This document shows positions 31,015 to 41,016 of a DNA stretch of 64,000 nucleotides, piece by piece; positions within the stretch are counted from its first letter, which is position 1, and the number at the start of each line of letters is the position of its first letter. Source of the stretch: Dehalococcoidia bacterium (GTDB lineage: Bacteria > Chloroflexota > Dehalococcoidia > UBA2979); the NCBI GenBank assembly GCA_965262725.1, contig OZ253555.1, forward strand, positions 3,584,001-3,648,000. Reading direction: 5' to 3'. The position numbers were made by a program, and so were the translations under genes. The notes beneath the pieces were generated by a model, which saw only the letters and a list, made by a program, of their open reading frames with translations, was not told the origin of the DNA and ran no database searches.

Positions 31015-32595
31015 ATGGCCTACCGGGAGGTACACGGGGTGGAGATCCAGGAGATCATTCGACGCTGGCAGGCGGGGCTCAGCCAGCGCCGCATCGCCAG
31101 CGGCACGGGGCTATCGCGCGTGACGGTGCGCCGCTACGTCGAGGCGGCCGAGGCGGCCGGCCTCACGCCGGGCGGTCCCGAGCCGAGTGAGGAGCAGCTC
31201 GCCGCGCTGGCGACGCTGAGCCTCTCCGGCCCGCGGCAGGTCGAGGCGCCGAGCGAGAAGCTGCTCTCGCCCTGGGCGGAGCAGATCGAGCGCTGGCTTG
31301 AGACCGACCGCCTGCAACTGACGCGCATCCAGGAGCTCCTCGCCGGACGAGGCTGCGAGGTCTCCTACACCACGCTGCGGCGTTTCATCCGGCGCCGCGG
31401 CTGGCGCCACCGGCTGCCGTCGACCGTGCGCATGGACGACGGGCCGCCGGGCGAGGTGGCGGAGATGGACTTCGGCCGCCTCGGCTTCATCCGGGACCCC
31501 GAGAGCGGCCGCCGGCGCGCGGTGTGGGCGCTGGTCGTCGTCTGGCGCTACTCACGCCACTGCTTTGTGTGGCCCACCACCAGCCAGAAGCTGGACGCCG
31601 TGATCGAGGGCCTGGAGGAGGCCTGGGCCTTCTTCGGGGGCGTGCCCCGCTACCTCGTCATCGATAACTTCCCGGCCGCCGTCGCCGGGGCCGACGCGCT
31701 GCACCCGCGGCTCACCCGGGGCTTCCTCGAGTACGCCCGCCACAGAGGCTTCATCACCGACCCCGCGCGCGTGCGTCATCCCCGCGACAAGCCGCGCGTC
31801 GAACGCAGCATCCCCTACGTGCGCGAGCGCCTCTTCAAGGGCGGCGACTTCCGGGATGTCATCGACCTGCGCTCCGCCGCCCGCAGCTGGTGCCTCGAGG
31901 TGGCGGGGCAGCGCATCCACGGCACGACCCGCCGGCGCCCGCTCGAGGTCTTCCTGAAGGAGGAGCTCCCTCTGCTCGCTCCCTGGGACGGCGAGCCCTA
32001 CGAGGTCCCCGACTGGCGGACGGCCACGGTCCACCCGGACCACCACATCGCCTGTCAGTACGCCCTGTACTCGGTGCCGTCCATGGCCTGCCCGCCCCGC
32101 CAGAAGGTCGAGGTGCAGCTCGGCTCGAAGCTGGTGCGCATCTACCACCGCGGTCAGCTCATCAAGGTCCACCCGCGCCAGCGCCGGGGCGGCCGGGCCA
32201 CCGACCCGAACGACTACCCGGCCGAGCTCACCCCCTACACCAGGCGGGCGCCCGACTGGATACAGCGCCGCGCCGCCGAGCTGGGGGAGGCCGTGGGCGC
32301 CTACGCCGAGCGTCTCTTCGAGGGCTCCCTGCCCTGGGCGAAGCTGCGGCAGGGCCACAAGCTGCTGCGCCTCGCCGAGCGCTACTCCCCGGACCGCCTC
32401 GACGCCGCCTGCCGCCGCGCGCTCGAGGTCGACCTCATCGACGTGCGCCGCCTCGAGCGCATCCTCGTCCGCGCCCTCGACCAGGAGAGCACCCCAGACC
32501 AGCCCGAGCTGCCGCCGCCTCCGGGGCGCTTCGCCCGCTCGGGCTCCGTCTTCGCCCAGTCCCGCACGCAGACCCCGACAGGAGCACCACGATGA
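31015..32595 (+). CDS. istA: IS21 DDE transposase
   Basis: N-terminal HTH, AEMDFG, YSRHCFV, VIDN, DKPRVER and HGTTRRRP. Confidence 0.95.
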   Translation: MAYREVHGVEIQEIIRRWQAGLSQRRIASGTGLSRVTVRRYVEAAEAAGLTPGGPEPSEEQLAALATLSLSGPRQVEAPSEKLLSPWAEQIERWLETDRLQLTRIQELLAGRGCEVSYTTLRRFIRRRGWRHRLPSTVRMDDGPPGEVAEMDFGRLGFIRDPESGRRRAVWALVVVWRYSRHCFVWPTTSQKLDAVIEGLEEAWAFFGGVPRYLVIDNFPAAVAGADALHPRLTRGFLEYARHRGFITDPARVRHPRDKPRVERSIPYVRERLFKGGDFRDVIDLRSAARSWCLEVAGQRIHGTTRRRPLEVFLKEELPLLAPWDGEPYEVPDWRTATVHPDHHIACQYALYSVPSMACPPRQKVEVQLGSKLVRIYHRGQLIKVHPRQRRGGRATDPNDYPAELTPYTRRAPDWIQRRAAELGEAVGAYAERLFEGSLPWAKLRQGHKLLRLAERYSPDRLDAACRRALEVDLIDVRRLERILVRALDQESTPDQPELPPPPGRFARSGSVFAQSRTQTPTGAPR

Positions 32596-33365
32596 CCGCC
32601 ACCACCTCAGACCTCCGCCCGCTGCTCAAGCGCCTCAAGCTCGGCCGTATGCTCGACACCCTGCCCGAGCGCATCGCCCTCGCGCGGCGCGACCACCTCG
32701 ACTACGCGGACTTCCTGCAGATCCTCCTCGTCGACGAGGTGAGCCGCCGCGACCACGGGCGGTTGGAGCTGCGCCTGCGCCAGGCCGGCTTCGAGCAGCT
32801 CTGCCGCCTCGAGGACTTCGACTGGGCGGCCGCCATCCGGCTCGACCACCGCCTGCTCGACGCCGCCTTCTCGCTGCACTTCCTCGACCGCCGCGAGCAC
32901 GTCCTGCTCGTCGGCCCCGTCGGCGTCGGCAAGAGCTTCTTAGCCCAGGCGCTCGGCTACTCAGCCGTCCGCTCCGGACGCAGCGTCCGCTTCGCCCCGG
33001 CCGACCACTACTTCCGCGAGATGGCGCAGGCCCGCGTCGACCACTCGGCCGAGAAGGTCTTCCGAAGCTTCCTCGCGCCCGACCTGCTCATCCTCGACGA
33101 CCTCGGGCTCCATCGCCTCAGCGCGCAGCAGTCCATCGACCTCTACGAGCTGGTCATCGGGCGCCACCGCAGCTCCAGCTTCGTCATCACCTCGAACCGC
33201 GCCGTGGAGGAATGGCTGGGTCTCTTCGACGACCCGATCCTCGGCAACAGCGCCCTCGACCGCCTCGCCAACGCCAGCTACCAGATCGTGATCGAGGGCG
33301 ATAGCTACCGCCAGCGGCTCTCGCCGCACCGCGCCCTGCTCGAGGCGCAGACGGGAGGTGATTGA
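32592..33365 (+). CDS. istB: IS21 AAA+ helper ATPase
   Basis: Walker A GPVGVGKS, Walker B LLILDDLG, ITSNR and LDRL; ATGA overlap with istA. Confidence 0.95.
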   Translation: MTATTSDLRPLLKRLKLGRMLDTLPERIALARRDHLDYADFLQILLVDEVSRRDHGRLELRLRQAGFEQLCRLEDFDWAAAIRLDHRLLDAAFSLHFLDRREHVLLVGPVGVGKSFLAQALGYSAVRSGRSVRFAPADHYFREMAQARVDHSAEKVFRSFLAPDLLILDDLGLHRLSAQQSIDLYELVIGRHRSSSFVITSNRAVEEWLGLFDDPILGNSALDRLANASYQIVIEGDSYRQRLSPHRALLEAQTGGD

Positions 33366-33461
33366 CGCGCTAGACGCTCACTGATATCAAGCCGCCTACC
33401 GGCGTCCCGGGTGGTCCAATGACCGTGGCGACGCGTGGCTCAATGACCCTGGCGATCGACA

Positions 33462-33732
33462 GGCAGAAGGCTCGCACCGACTCGGCCTCGTGGAGGAGGT
33501 CCTCCGTGCCGGGGTCGCTGAGGTTGTAGCAGAGCTGCACGATGTGGATGCGCAGCATCACGGAGAGAGGGTAGGGCCTCCGCCCGCGGCCGGGTTTCGG
33601 GTAGTGGGGCCCGATGGCTGCTTCGAACCTCTCCCACGGGACGAGGCCGTCCAGCCGCTCAAGGAACTTCTGGCGGCGCGTCGTGTAGCCATCCTGCTCG
33701 AACTCGGCCCTGGCGAATGTGGGCTGATGCAT
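33462..33732 (-). pseudogene. IS5 transposase, N-terminal part
   Basis: MHQPTFA...TRRQKFL..LVPW...GRRPYPL..MLRIH...YNLSDP..ED. Joins in frame to the C-terminal part (...RAFC|HLTL...), giving 316 aa. Confidence 0.92.
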
Positions 33733-33824
33733 GGCACGCTCCCATCCCGGGTACGTGTCAGGATCTCATATGATCAGCAGAGTGCGCACTACTCTGCTGT
33801 CGTGCCGACTTTCCCAGAACTCCC

Positions 33825-34020
33825 TTAGGTGTCCCGTTTGGTTCCAGAGCATGATCGACGCCGACCCCTCGTCGAACTCTACGAAGGACACACTCGCAGG
33901 GCTGAGAGACTCGAGTTTCCAGAACCACTCGGGTGCTCGATCAACCAGGGCTGCCGCCAGCAATCGCAGAGCCCTGCTATGACCGACGACAAGAATACGG
34001 TACCCGGTCCCACGGGCCAC
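33825..34020 (-). pseudogene. Histidine phosphatase (phosphoglycerate mutase family) C-terminal remnant
   Basis: ILVVGHS..LRLL...FW...PASVSFVE...LWNQTGHL resembles the family's C-terminus; the N-terminal RHG motif is absent. Confidence 0.6.
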
Positions 34021-34032
34021 GAGTTGGGGGAC

Positions 34033-35292
34033 CTAGCCGGAGAAGGCGGTCAGCACCAGCACGGCGTTCTGCCCGCCGAAGCCGAACGAGTTCTTCATCA
34101 CCGTCCGCACGTCGGCCGCGCGGGCCAGCTGCGGCACGTAGTCGAGGTCGCACTCCGGATCGGGGTGGGTGAGGTTGATGGTCGGAGCGATCATGCCCGT
34201 GCGGATCGTCTGGACGGCGGCCACCGTCTCCACGCCGCCGGCCGCCCCGAGCAGGTGCCCGATCTGCGACTTCATCGCCGAGATGGGAAGCCGGTAGGCC
34301 CGCTTCCCGAAGACTGCGCGCACCGCCCGCGTCTCCGCGACGTCGCCGATCTCCGTCGCGGTGGCGTGCGCCGAGATGTAGTCGATCTCCTCCACCGCCA
34401 TCGCCGCGTCGCTGAGGGCCGAGCGCATAGCGCGCGCCGCGCCCTCGCCGTCCCGCGGCGGGGCGACGAGGTAGGCGGCATCGGAGGAGACGCCGTAGCC
34501 GACGACCTCCGCCAGCGGGCGGGCGCCCCGGGCGAGGGCGTGGTCGAGGGCCTCCAGCACGACGATCCCCGCTCCCTCCGCGGCGACGAAACCGTCGCGG
34601 TCGCGGTCGAACGGCCGCGAGGCGGCCTCGGGACACTCGTTCGACGAGGTCGCGAGCGCGCGCATCGCCGAGAAGCCCGCGAGCCCGACCTCGCAGACAC
34701 CCGCCTCGGTGCCGCCGGCAATCATGACGTCGGCCGCGCCGCGGCGGAGGACCTCGGTGGCGTCGCCGATCGCCTGTGTCCCGGCCGCACAGGCCGTCGT
34801 GATCGTGTTGGAGTAGCCCCGCGCGCCCAGCTGGATCGAGACGTTCGCCGAGGCCATGTTCGGGAGCATCTTCGGGATGAAGAGCGGGTCGACGCGGCTG
34901 CCGCCCCGCCTGAGCAGCGTCCGCATCGCCCGATCCGCCTCGGGCAATCCGCCGCCGCCGTTCCCCACGATCACGCCGATCCGCGTCGTGTCCTGGGCGG
35001 CGAAGTCGAGCGCCGCCTCCTCGACGGCCTGCTTCGACGCCGCCACGGCGAACTGGGCGAAGCGCGCCATGCGCCGCGCGTCCTTGCGGTCGAGGTAGCA
35101 CTCCGGATTGAAATCGCGGACCTCGCCGGCTATCTGGCAGGCGTACTCCGAGGGGTCGACCTGCGTGAGGCGACGGATCCCGGAACCTCCGGCAACGGCG
35201 TTCCGCCAGAACTCGGCGACGCTGTTCCCGAGCGGCGCGATCACGCCGCTCCCGGTGATCACGACGCGCCGGCGACCGTTGCTCCGCGACAT
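34033..35292 (-). CDS. fabF: Beta-ketoacyl-ACP synthase II
   Basis: RRVVITG, TACAAG (catalytic Cys), SRPFDRDRDGFV, AHATAT, KSQIGHLLGAAG and NSFGFGGQN. Confidence 0.96.
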   Translation of the reverse strand: MSRSNGRRRVVITGSGVIAPLGNSVAEFWRNAVAGGSGIRRLTQVDPSEYACQIAGEVRDFNPECYLDRKDARRMARFAQFAVAASKQAVEEAALDFAAQDTTRIGVIVGNGGGGLPEADRAMRTLLRRGGSRVDPLFIPKMLPNMASANVSIQLGARGYSNTITTACAAGTQAIGDATEVLRRGAADVMIAGGTEAGVCEVGLAGFSAMRALATSSNECPEAASRPFDRDRDGFVAAEGAGIVVLEALDHALARGARPLAEVVGYGVSSDAAYLVAPPRDGEGAARAMRSALSDAAMAVEEIDYISAHATATEIGDVAETRAVRAVFGKRAYRLPISAMKSQIGHLLGAAGGVETVAAVQTIRTGMIAPTINLTHPDPECDLDYVPQLARAADVRTVMKNSFGFGGQNAVLVLTAFSG

Positions 35293-35415
35293 CGACGCTC
35301 CCCTCGGCAGAAGGTTGAGTCTACCGCAGCGCCCGCCCGGGAACCGTTTCGGACGGCGCGCCTGCGGCCGGCGTTGTGACCCCCCGCGGCGCGGCCGGAC
35401 GCGGGTCGACGCCCG

Positions 35416-36774
35416 CTAGCGAAGCCCCAGCGCGCGATCGCCGCCGATAGCGAGCAGCAGTTCCCTGGCCTCGGCCGCCGTGTAGAGGCTGCCGCCCACG
35501 ATCACGCAGCCCGCCTCGCCGGCGAGCGCCTCGGCGTGCGCAAGCCCCCGCTCGACCGACTCCGCTCGCTGCGTCGGAATGCCGGCCTCCGCCAGGGCCC
35601 GCTCCGCCCGCTCGGGGTCGTCCGCCCGCGGCGAGTCGGGCGGCGCCACGACCGCCAGGTCGACCGTGTCGCGCAGCTCCGCGACGAGCGCCGCCGGCGC
35701 CCGGCCGGCCAGCATGCCGAAGAGCAGCACACGCGGCGAGGGCAGGCCCAGTGCGCCCAGCGCCTCCGCGACGCGGCGCGCCGCCAGCGGCGTGTGCATT
35801 CCGTCCAGGATCACGAGCGGGCGGCGGCGCACCGCCTCGAGCCGCACCGGAATCTGGACCTCGGCCAGCCCCTCCCGGACGGCCCGCTCCGGCAGCTCCG
35901 CGCCGTGCTCGCGCGCCCACGCGAGTTCGGCCGCCCGCACCGCCGTCGCGGCGTTCTCCACCTGGTGCCGGCCGAGCAGCCGCAGCGCCAGCCGCCGGTA
36001 GCCGCGCAGCGGCGTGCTCAGGTCGAGCACCTGCCCGTCGAGAGTCTGGCTGCGCACGGTCGCCCGGCACTCCTCGGCGACGAGGTGGAGCTCGGCGCCG
36101 ACCGCCTCGGCCCGCTTCGCCACCACGCGCGCGGCGGAGTCCCGCATCGGCGCGACCACGCAGGCGCAGGGTCCGGTCAGGATCCCCGCCTTCTCCGCCG
36201 CGATCTCGCGGATCGTCTCGCCGAGGATCGCGGTGTGCTCGAGGTCGATGGGGAGGATCGCCGCCACGTGCTTCGCCGACATCGCGTTCGTGGTGTCGAG
36301 CCGTCCGCCGAGACCGACCTCCACCACCTGCCAGTCGCACCCGGCCCGCGCCGCCGCCAGCCAGCCCATGACAGTCAGGCACTCGAAGTAGGACCACTCC
36401 CCGGACGCCGGATCGGTGAGCACCTCTGCTGCGAGCTCGGCGAAGAGCTCCGGCGCGATCGGCCGCCCCCCCACCGCCACGCGCTCGCGCGCTGAGTGCA
36501 CGTCGGGCGAGGTGAGTGTGAGCGTGTGCCCGCCAGCGGCGCGGAGGATCGCCTCCACCATCGCCACCGTCGAGCCCTTGCCCTTTGAGCCGGCGACGTG
36601 CACCGTCGCGCGTGCGTCTGGACGGCCGCGGGCGGCGAGGTAATCAGTCACGTGATCCAGCCGGAAGCCGCGCGCAGCCTGCGGATCGCCCGTCCGCTCG
36701 AAGCCCGTGTGCGCGAGCAGTCGGCGCGCCGCCTCCACGTAGGCGGCCAGATCGGCCCGTTCGCTCGCGACCAC
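35416..36774 (-). CDS. folC: Folylpolyglutamate synthase / dihydrofolate synthase
   Basis: HVAGSKGKGST, TSP, EVGLGGRLDTTN, EKAGI, HQVENA, LDGMH and GSLY. Start uncertain. Confidence 0.93.
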   Translation of the reverse strand: MVASERADLAAYVEAARRLLAHTGFERTGDPQAARGFRLDHVTDYLAARGRPDARATVHVAGSKGKGSTVAMVEAILRAAGGHTLTLTSPDVHSARERVAVGGRPIAPELFAELAAEVLTDPASGEWSYFECLTVMGWLAAARAGCDWQVVEVGLGGRLDTTNAMSAKHVAAILPIDLEHTAILGETIREIAAEKAGILTGPCACVVAPMRDSAARVVAKRAEAVGAELHLVAEECRATVRSQTLDGQVLDLSTPLRGYRRLALRLLGRHQVENAATAVRAAELAWAREHGAELPERAVREGLAEVQIPVRLEAVRRRPLVILDGMHTPLAARRVAEALGALGLPSPRVLLFGMLAGRAPAALVAELRDTVDLAVVAPPDSPRADDPERAERALAEAGIPTQRAESVERGLAHAEALAGEAGCVIVGGSLYTAAEARELLLAIGGDRALGLR

Positions 36775-36896
36775 GCCGTCAACCCCCGCCGGCGACCGGC
36801 TGGCCGGTCGCCCCTCCGCCCACGTCCCGCCCGGGACGCCCGACCGCGAAGTGTATGCCCTCACCACCAGGCGACGGTGATATCGTCGCCCCCGCG

Positions 36897-37706
36897 ATGA
36901 GCACGACCAACGGGGCGCGGGCGCACGACCCGGCGGAGGGCGCTCCGGCCGTCCCCACGCCGTCGCTGCCGCGCGCTCCGGAACCGCTCTCCGACGATCC
37001 CCAGGGTCGGCGCTGGCGGTTCGCCGGAGGGATGGAGGAGGTCGCGCTCACGCGGATCGCGGGCGCCCCCGTCGCGGACGACGCGACGATCGAGCCGTGG
37101 GTCGGCCCCCGGAACTCCGTCGGCGCTCTCTACTTCCGCTGCTACCTCGTCACCGAGATCGGGCGCACGCGCGAGCCCGTCGTCTTCGGCCTCCAGCACC
37201 ATGGACCCTTCCCCGGCAACAACTGGGTCGAGGTCGCCGAGTTCCGCGACCTGCTGACGCTCCCCGACGAGCGCACGGTGGAGGTCTCGGAGGGGATCGA
37301 GCGACGGATCTTCGGCTGGCTCGCCGGGCTCGTCCCGCCGGGCGGACACCTGATGGCGGAGTACGAGTCGCCGTCCCGCACGCTCACCGCCCGCGCGCTC
37401 GCGCTCGGCGTCCCGCCCGTGGCGACGCCGCTCGGCGCGACGCTTCGGGCCGTCGGGTGCGGCGCCGCGATCCGCGACTGGTACTTCCCGGAGGGCGGCC
37501 GTGAGGGGCCCCGCAAGCTCCAGGGGTTCCGCGCCGTCGACCCCGGGCACGAGCGGCGGCGCGCCGCCGAGATGGTGCAGGCGCTTCAGGCCTTCCTCGC
37601 CGACGAGCGCGATCTCGACTGGGACGTGCTCGGCTTCACGCGCCCGATCGCCCGCACCGCGCTCGAGGAGCTCTCGGCCCTCGCCGGGCGTTCGCCCTCG
37701 CACTAG
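36897..37706 (+). CDS. DUF1122-family protein
   Basis: HLMAEYE...LALGVPPVATPLG..L...DWYFPEGGREGPRKLQG, matching my recollection of the DUF1122 signature. Confidence 0.7.
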   Translation: MSTTNGARAHDPAEGAPAVPTPSLPRAPEPLSDDPQGRRWRFAGGMEEVALTRIAGAPVADDATIEPWVGPRNSVGALYFRCYLVTEIGRTREPVVFGLQHHGPFPGNNWVEVAEFRDLLTLPDERTVEVSEGIERRIFGWLAGLVPPGGHLMAEYESPSRTLTARALALGVPPVATPLGATLRAVGCGAAIRDWYFPEGGREGPRKLQGFRAVDPGHERRRAAEMVQALQAFLADERDLDWDVLGFTRPIARTALEELSALAGRSPSH

Positions 37707-39099
37707 CAGGGTTGTGATTTTCTCCCTGGGTGCCCGGAGCATGGCCGGCGGTGCCCCGCGGGTGCAACAAACGCCCCCGGTAGCTGTCAGAAGCCCCAGG
37801 TAGTGGTCGACTGTAACTGATAAGACGAGTATACTAACGATCATACAAGAGGGACCCCCACGAGGGAGGATATCGATGCGAGGACAGAGCGAGGACCAGG
37901 GCCGCGCCACTCTCACCTGCCCGGAGATGTTCGTCCCCAGCGACCACCCGCTCCGACGCATCAAGCCCATCGTCGACCGGGCGCTCGCCAATCTCTCCCC
38001 GCGCTTCGACGGTCTCTACAGCGAGTCCGGGCGACCGTCGATTCCGCCCGAGACGCTGCTCAAGTCGACACTCCTCATCGCCTTCTTCTCGATTCGTAGC
38101 GAGAGCCAGTTCTGCGAGCGGCTGCGGTCCGACATGGCGTTCAAGTGGTTCCTCGACCTCCCGGGAGACCCCGGTTCCTTCGACCGCTCCACGTTCTCGA
38201 AGAACCGCTCCCGGCTCCTTGACGGCGACATCGCCCGGGGGTTCTTCGAGGAAGTCGTGAGGGAGGCGAGGGAGCGGAACCTGCTGTCCGAGGAGCACTT
38301 CACGGTCGACGGGTCGCAGCTCGAGGCGTGGGCGTCGCACAAGAGCTACCGGTCACGCGACGAGCAGGACGGGGACAAGCCTGCGGGCCGCAATCCGGAC
38401 GTCGACTTCCGCGGCGAGCGCCGGCACCGGGACACCCACGTCAGCACGACCGATCCCGGCGCGCACCTGTACCGGAAGGGGAACGGGCAGGCGGCGCGCC
38501 CGAGCTACATCGGGCATGTGATGACGGAGAACCGCAACGGGCTCATCGTCGATGTCGAGCTCACGACGGCGCACGGGCGGGCGGAGCGGGATGCGGCGCT
38601 GGCCATGGCCGAGCGCAGCCTGACACCGGGGGCGACGCTGGGCGCCGACAAGGGATACGACGCGAAGCACTTCGTGGAGGGGCTGTGCGAACTCGGGGTC
38701 GTGCCGCACGTGGCACGGCGAGCGAAGCACAGCGCCATCCCCGAGGAGGTGGCGCAGACGCCCGGCTACGAGGTGAGTCAGCGCCGGCGCAAGATGGTGG
38801 AGGAGAGCTTCGGGTGGCTGAAGACCGTGGGGGGCGGGCGCAAGCTCCGCTACATCGGCGAACAGGTCAACGGTTTCTGGATGGAGATGGGCGCTGCCGC
38901 GTACAACCTGGTGCGCGTGGCCAATATCGACGCCGCGCTGTCACGGGCGTAGTGCGCCCGGAGTAGGTCCCGGGGCGCCCGGACGGGCTGAGAGAGCCCC
39001 GGAGGGGGCCAGAATCGGCCCCGAAATGACGCCGCATACGCCCTCTTGGCGGTGATTCGCTCCGTGGCCGCGCCAAAGGGGGCCTTTTTCCCGACCCTG
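37707..39099 (+). mobile_element. IS5-family insertion sequence (intact, 1393 bp)
   Basis: IRs CAGGGTTGTGA and CAGGGTCGGGA; CTAG duplicated at 37703-37706 and 39100-39103. Confidence 0.9.
37876..38952 (+). CDS. IS5-family DDE transposase
   Basis: VPSDHPLRRI, GRPSIPPE, FTVDGS..EAWAS.KS, TLGADKGYD and RKMVEESFGW.K. Confidence 0.93.
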   Translation: MRGQSEDQGRATLTCPEMFVPSDHPLRRIKPIVDRALANLSPRFDGLYSESGRPSIPPETLLKSTLLIAFFSIRSESQFCERLRSDMAFKWFLDLPGDPGSFDRSTFSKNRSRLLDGDIARGFFEEVVREARERNLLSEEHFTVDGSQLEAWASHKSYRSRDEQDGDKPAGRNPDVDFRGERRHRDTHVSTTDPGAHLYRKGNGQAARPSYIGHVMTENRNGLIVDVELTTAHGRAERDAALAMAERSLTPGATLGADKGYDAKHFVEGLCELGVVPHVARRAKHSAIPEEVAQTPGYEVSQRRRKMVEESFGWLKTVGGGRKLRYIGEQVNGFWMEMGAAAYNLVRVANIDAALSRA

Positions 39100-39256
39100 C
39101 TAGGCCTCCGGGCGGGGCTCCGGGCGCGCCCCTCGTAGGCAACGCGTGGACCGTGACGCTACGATGCGGGGGCCCGGCGCCGCGCCCGCCGGTGCGCCCT
39201 GCGATCGCCCCCACGACGGCGACGCCAGACGACACGGGCGGACGGAGGAGGCGACG

Positions 39257-40351
39257 GTGCCCCAGACCCTGAGCGTGATCAAGGCGGACGTCGGCGGCTT
39301 CGTCGGCCACTCGGCGATGCACCCCGAGGTGCTCGCGGAAGCCGCCGAGTCGCTTCAGAGCGCGGTGCTGTCGGGGCTTCTGATCGACGCGCAGGCCCAC
39401 GCATGCGGCGACGATGTTTTCCTCGTGATGTCCCACGATCGCGGCGAGAACGACGAGAGCGTGCACCAGCTGGCCTGGGACACCTTCATCCGCGGCACCG
39501 AGGTCGCCCGCAGGCTGCACCTCTACGGCGCCGGACAGGACCTGCTCGTCGACGCCTTCTCGGGGAACATCCGCGGCGCCGGGCCCGGCTCCGCCGAACT
39601 CGAGCTGGAGGAGCGACCCTCCGAGCCCGTCATCGTCTTCCTCGGCGACAAGACCTCGGCCGGCGCCTTCAACCTCCCCTTCTACAAGATGTTCGCCGAC
39701 CCGTTTAACACGGCCGGCCTCGTCATCTCCGAGTCGCTGCACGAGGGCTTCTCGTTCGAGGTCCACGACGTGCGCGAGCACCGCAAGATCGTCTTCAACG
39801 CGCCGGATGAAATCTACGACCTGCTCGCCTTCATCGGCTCACCCTCGCGCTATGCCGTCAAGCGCGTCGTGAGTCGGGCGACCGGGGAGGTCGCCGCCGT
39901 CTCCTCCACCGACAAGCTCTCCGAGATCGCCGGCCGCTACGTGGGGAAGGACGACCCCACGGCGGTGGTCCGCTGCCAGGGCGCCTTCCCGGCGGTCGGC
40001 GAGGCGCTCGAGCCGTTCACCACGGCGTGGGCGGTCGAGGGCTTTATGCGCGGATCCCACTACGGCCCGTGGATGCCGACCTCGGTCGCCGACGCGCACC
40101 CCGCCCGCTTCGACGGGCCGCCGCGCGTGGTCGCGCTCGGTTTCCAGCTTGCCGCCGGGAAGCTGGTGGGGCCGCGCGACATGTTCGACGACCCCTCCTT
40201 CGACAACGTCAGGCAGGAGGCGAACGACATCTCGGACTACCTCCGCAAGCACGGCCCCTTCGAGCCCCATCGCCTGCCGCTCGACGAGATGGAGTACACC
40301 ACGATGCCGGCCGTCGCCGCGAAGCTCGCCGACCGCTGGGCACCGCTCTAG
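39257..40351 (+). CDS. Fructose-1,6-bisphosphate aldolase/phosphatase (FBPase class V)
   Basis: SVIKADVGG.VGH, CGDD, LYGAGQDLL.DAFSGN, FADPFNTAGLVI, YVGKDDP, MRGSH and RFDGPP. Confidence 0.95.
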   Translation: MPQTLSVIKADVGGFVGHSAMHPEVLAEAAESLQSAVLSGLLIDAQAHACGDDVFLVMSHDRGENDESVHQLAWDTFIRGTEVARRLHLYGAGQDLLVDAFSGNIRGAGPGSAELELEERPSEPVIVFLGDKTSAGAFNLPFYKMFADPFNTAGLVISESLHEGFSFEVHDVREHRKIVFNAPDEIYDLLAFIGSPSRYAVKRVVSRATGEVAAVSSTDKLSEIAGRYVGKDDPTAVVRCQGAFPAVGEALEPFTTAWAVEGFMRGSHYGPWMPTSVADAHPARFDGPPRVVALGFQLAAGKLVGPRDMFDDPSFDNVRQEANDISDYLRKHGPFEPHRLPLDEMEYTTMPAVAAKLADRWAPL

Positions 40352-40380
40352 CGGCCCGGCCGCCCCGTCGGCCGCCTCAC

Positions 40381-41016
40381 GTGGAACGCAGGCTCCTGCT
40401 CGCATCGGGGAACCCCGGGAAGCTCCGCGAGCTGCGTGGGCTCCTGAGCCCCGTCGGCTGGGAGGCCCTCGCGCCCGCCGACGTCGGCGTGGCGGGGGTG
40501 AGCGTTCTGGAGGGAGGGCGCTCCTACCTGGAGAACGCCACGGCGAAGGCCGTTGCCTACCTCCGCGCCTCCGGGCTCCCCGCGCTCGCCGACGACTCGG
40601 GCATCGAGGTCGACGCCCTGGGGGGAGAGCCCGGGGTCCTCTCCGCGCGCTTCGGCGGGCACCGCGCCTCCAGCGACGCCGATCGCTGCGCCCTCCTGCT
40701 CGGCCGCCTCCGCGGCGTGCCGCGGCCCCGGCGCGGCGCGCGCTTCCGGGCGGTCATCGTGCTCGCGCTCCCCGGCGGCGCCACCGTCGCGCGCGAGGGA
40801 TCTGTGGAGGGACGCATCGCCGCGGCGCCGCGCGGCGAAAGCGGCTTCGGCTACGATCCCGTCTTCGAGCTCCCCGACGGGCGCACGATGGCGGAGGTCG
40901 GCGAGGAGAAGCAGCGCATATCGCACCGCGCCCGTGCGCTCTCTGCGATGATGTTAGTGCTGGAGGCACTGGATGAGCCGCTTCACCCCCCCGCCGCCGC
41001 CCGGGCCCGCGACTGA
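40381..41016 (+). CDS. rdgB: Non-canonical purine NTP pyrophosphatase (dITP/XTP)
   Basis: LASGNPGKLRE, ENATAKA, ADDSGIEVDALGGEPGV.SAR, GFGYDPVF and SHRARA. Confidence 0.94.
   Translation: MERRLLLASGNPGKLRELRGLLSPVGWEALAPADVGVAGVSVLEGGRSYLENATAKAVAYLRASGLPALADDSGIEVDALGGEPGVLSARFGGHRASSDADRCALLLGRLRGVPRPRRGARFRAVIVLALPGGATVAREGSVEGRIAAAPRGESGFGYDPVFELPDGRTMAEVGEEKQRISHRARALSAMMLVLEALDEPLHPPAAARARD

Larger units (their letters stand above)
30880..33461 (+). mobile_element. IS21-family insertion sequence (intact, 2582 bp)
   Basis: TG...CA ends; IRs TGTGAATCGCCAAGGTC and TGTCGATCGCCAGGGTC with internal repeats; perfect 7-bp target duplication GGCAGAA at 30873-30879 and 33462-33468. Confidence 0.95.
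30035..33824 (-). mobile_element. IS5-family insertion sequence interrupted by IS21
   Basis: Imperfect terminal IRs GGCAAGTCTGGACAAGT and GGGAGTTCTGGGAAAGT (12/17 identical). Length is 1201 bp after removing the IS21 and one target copy. Flanks CAAG/TTAG are not identical. Confidence 0.7.
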
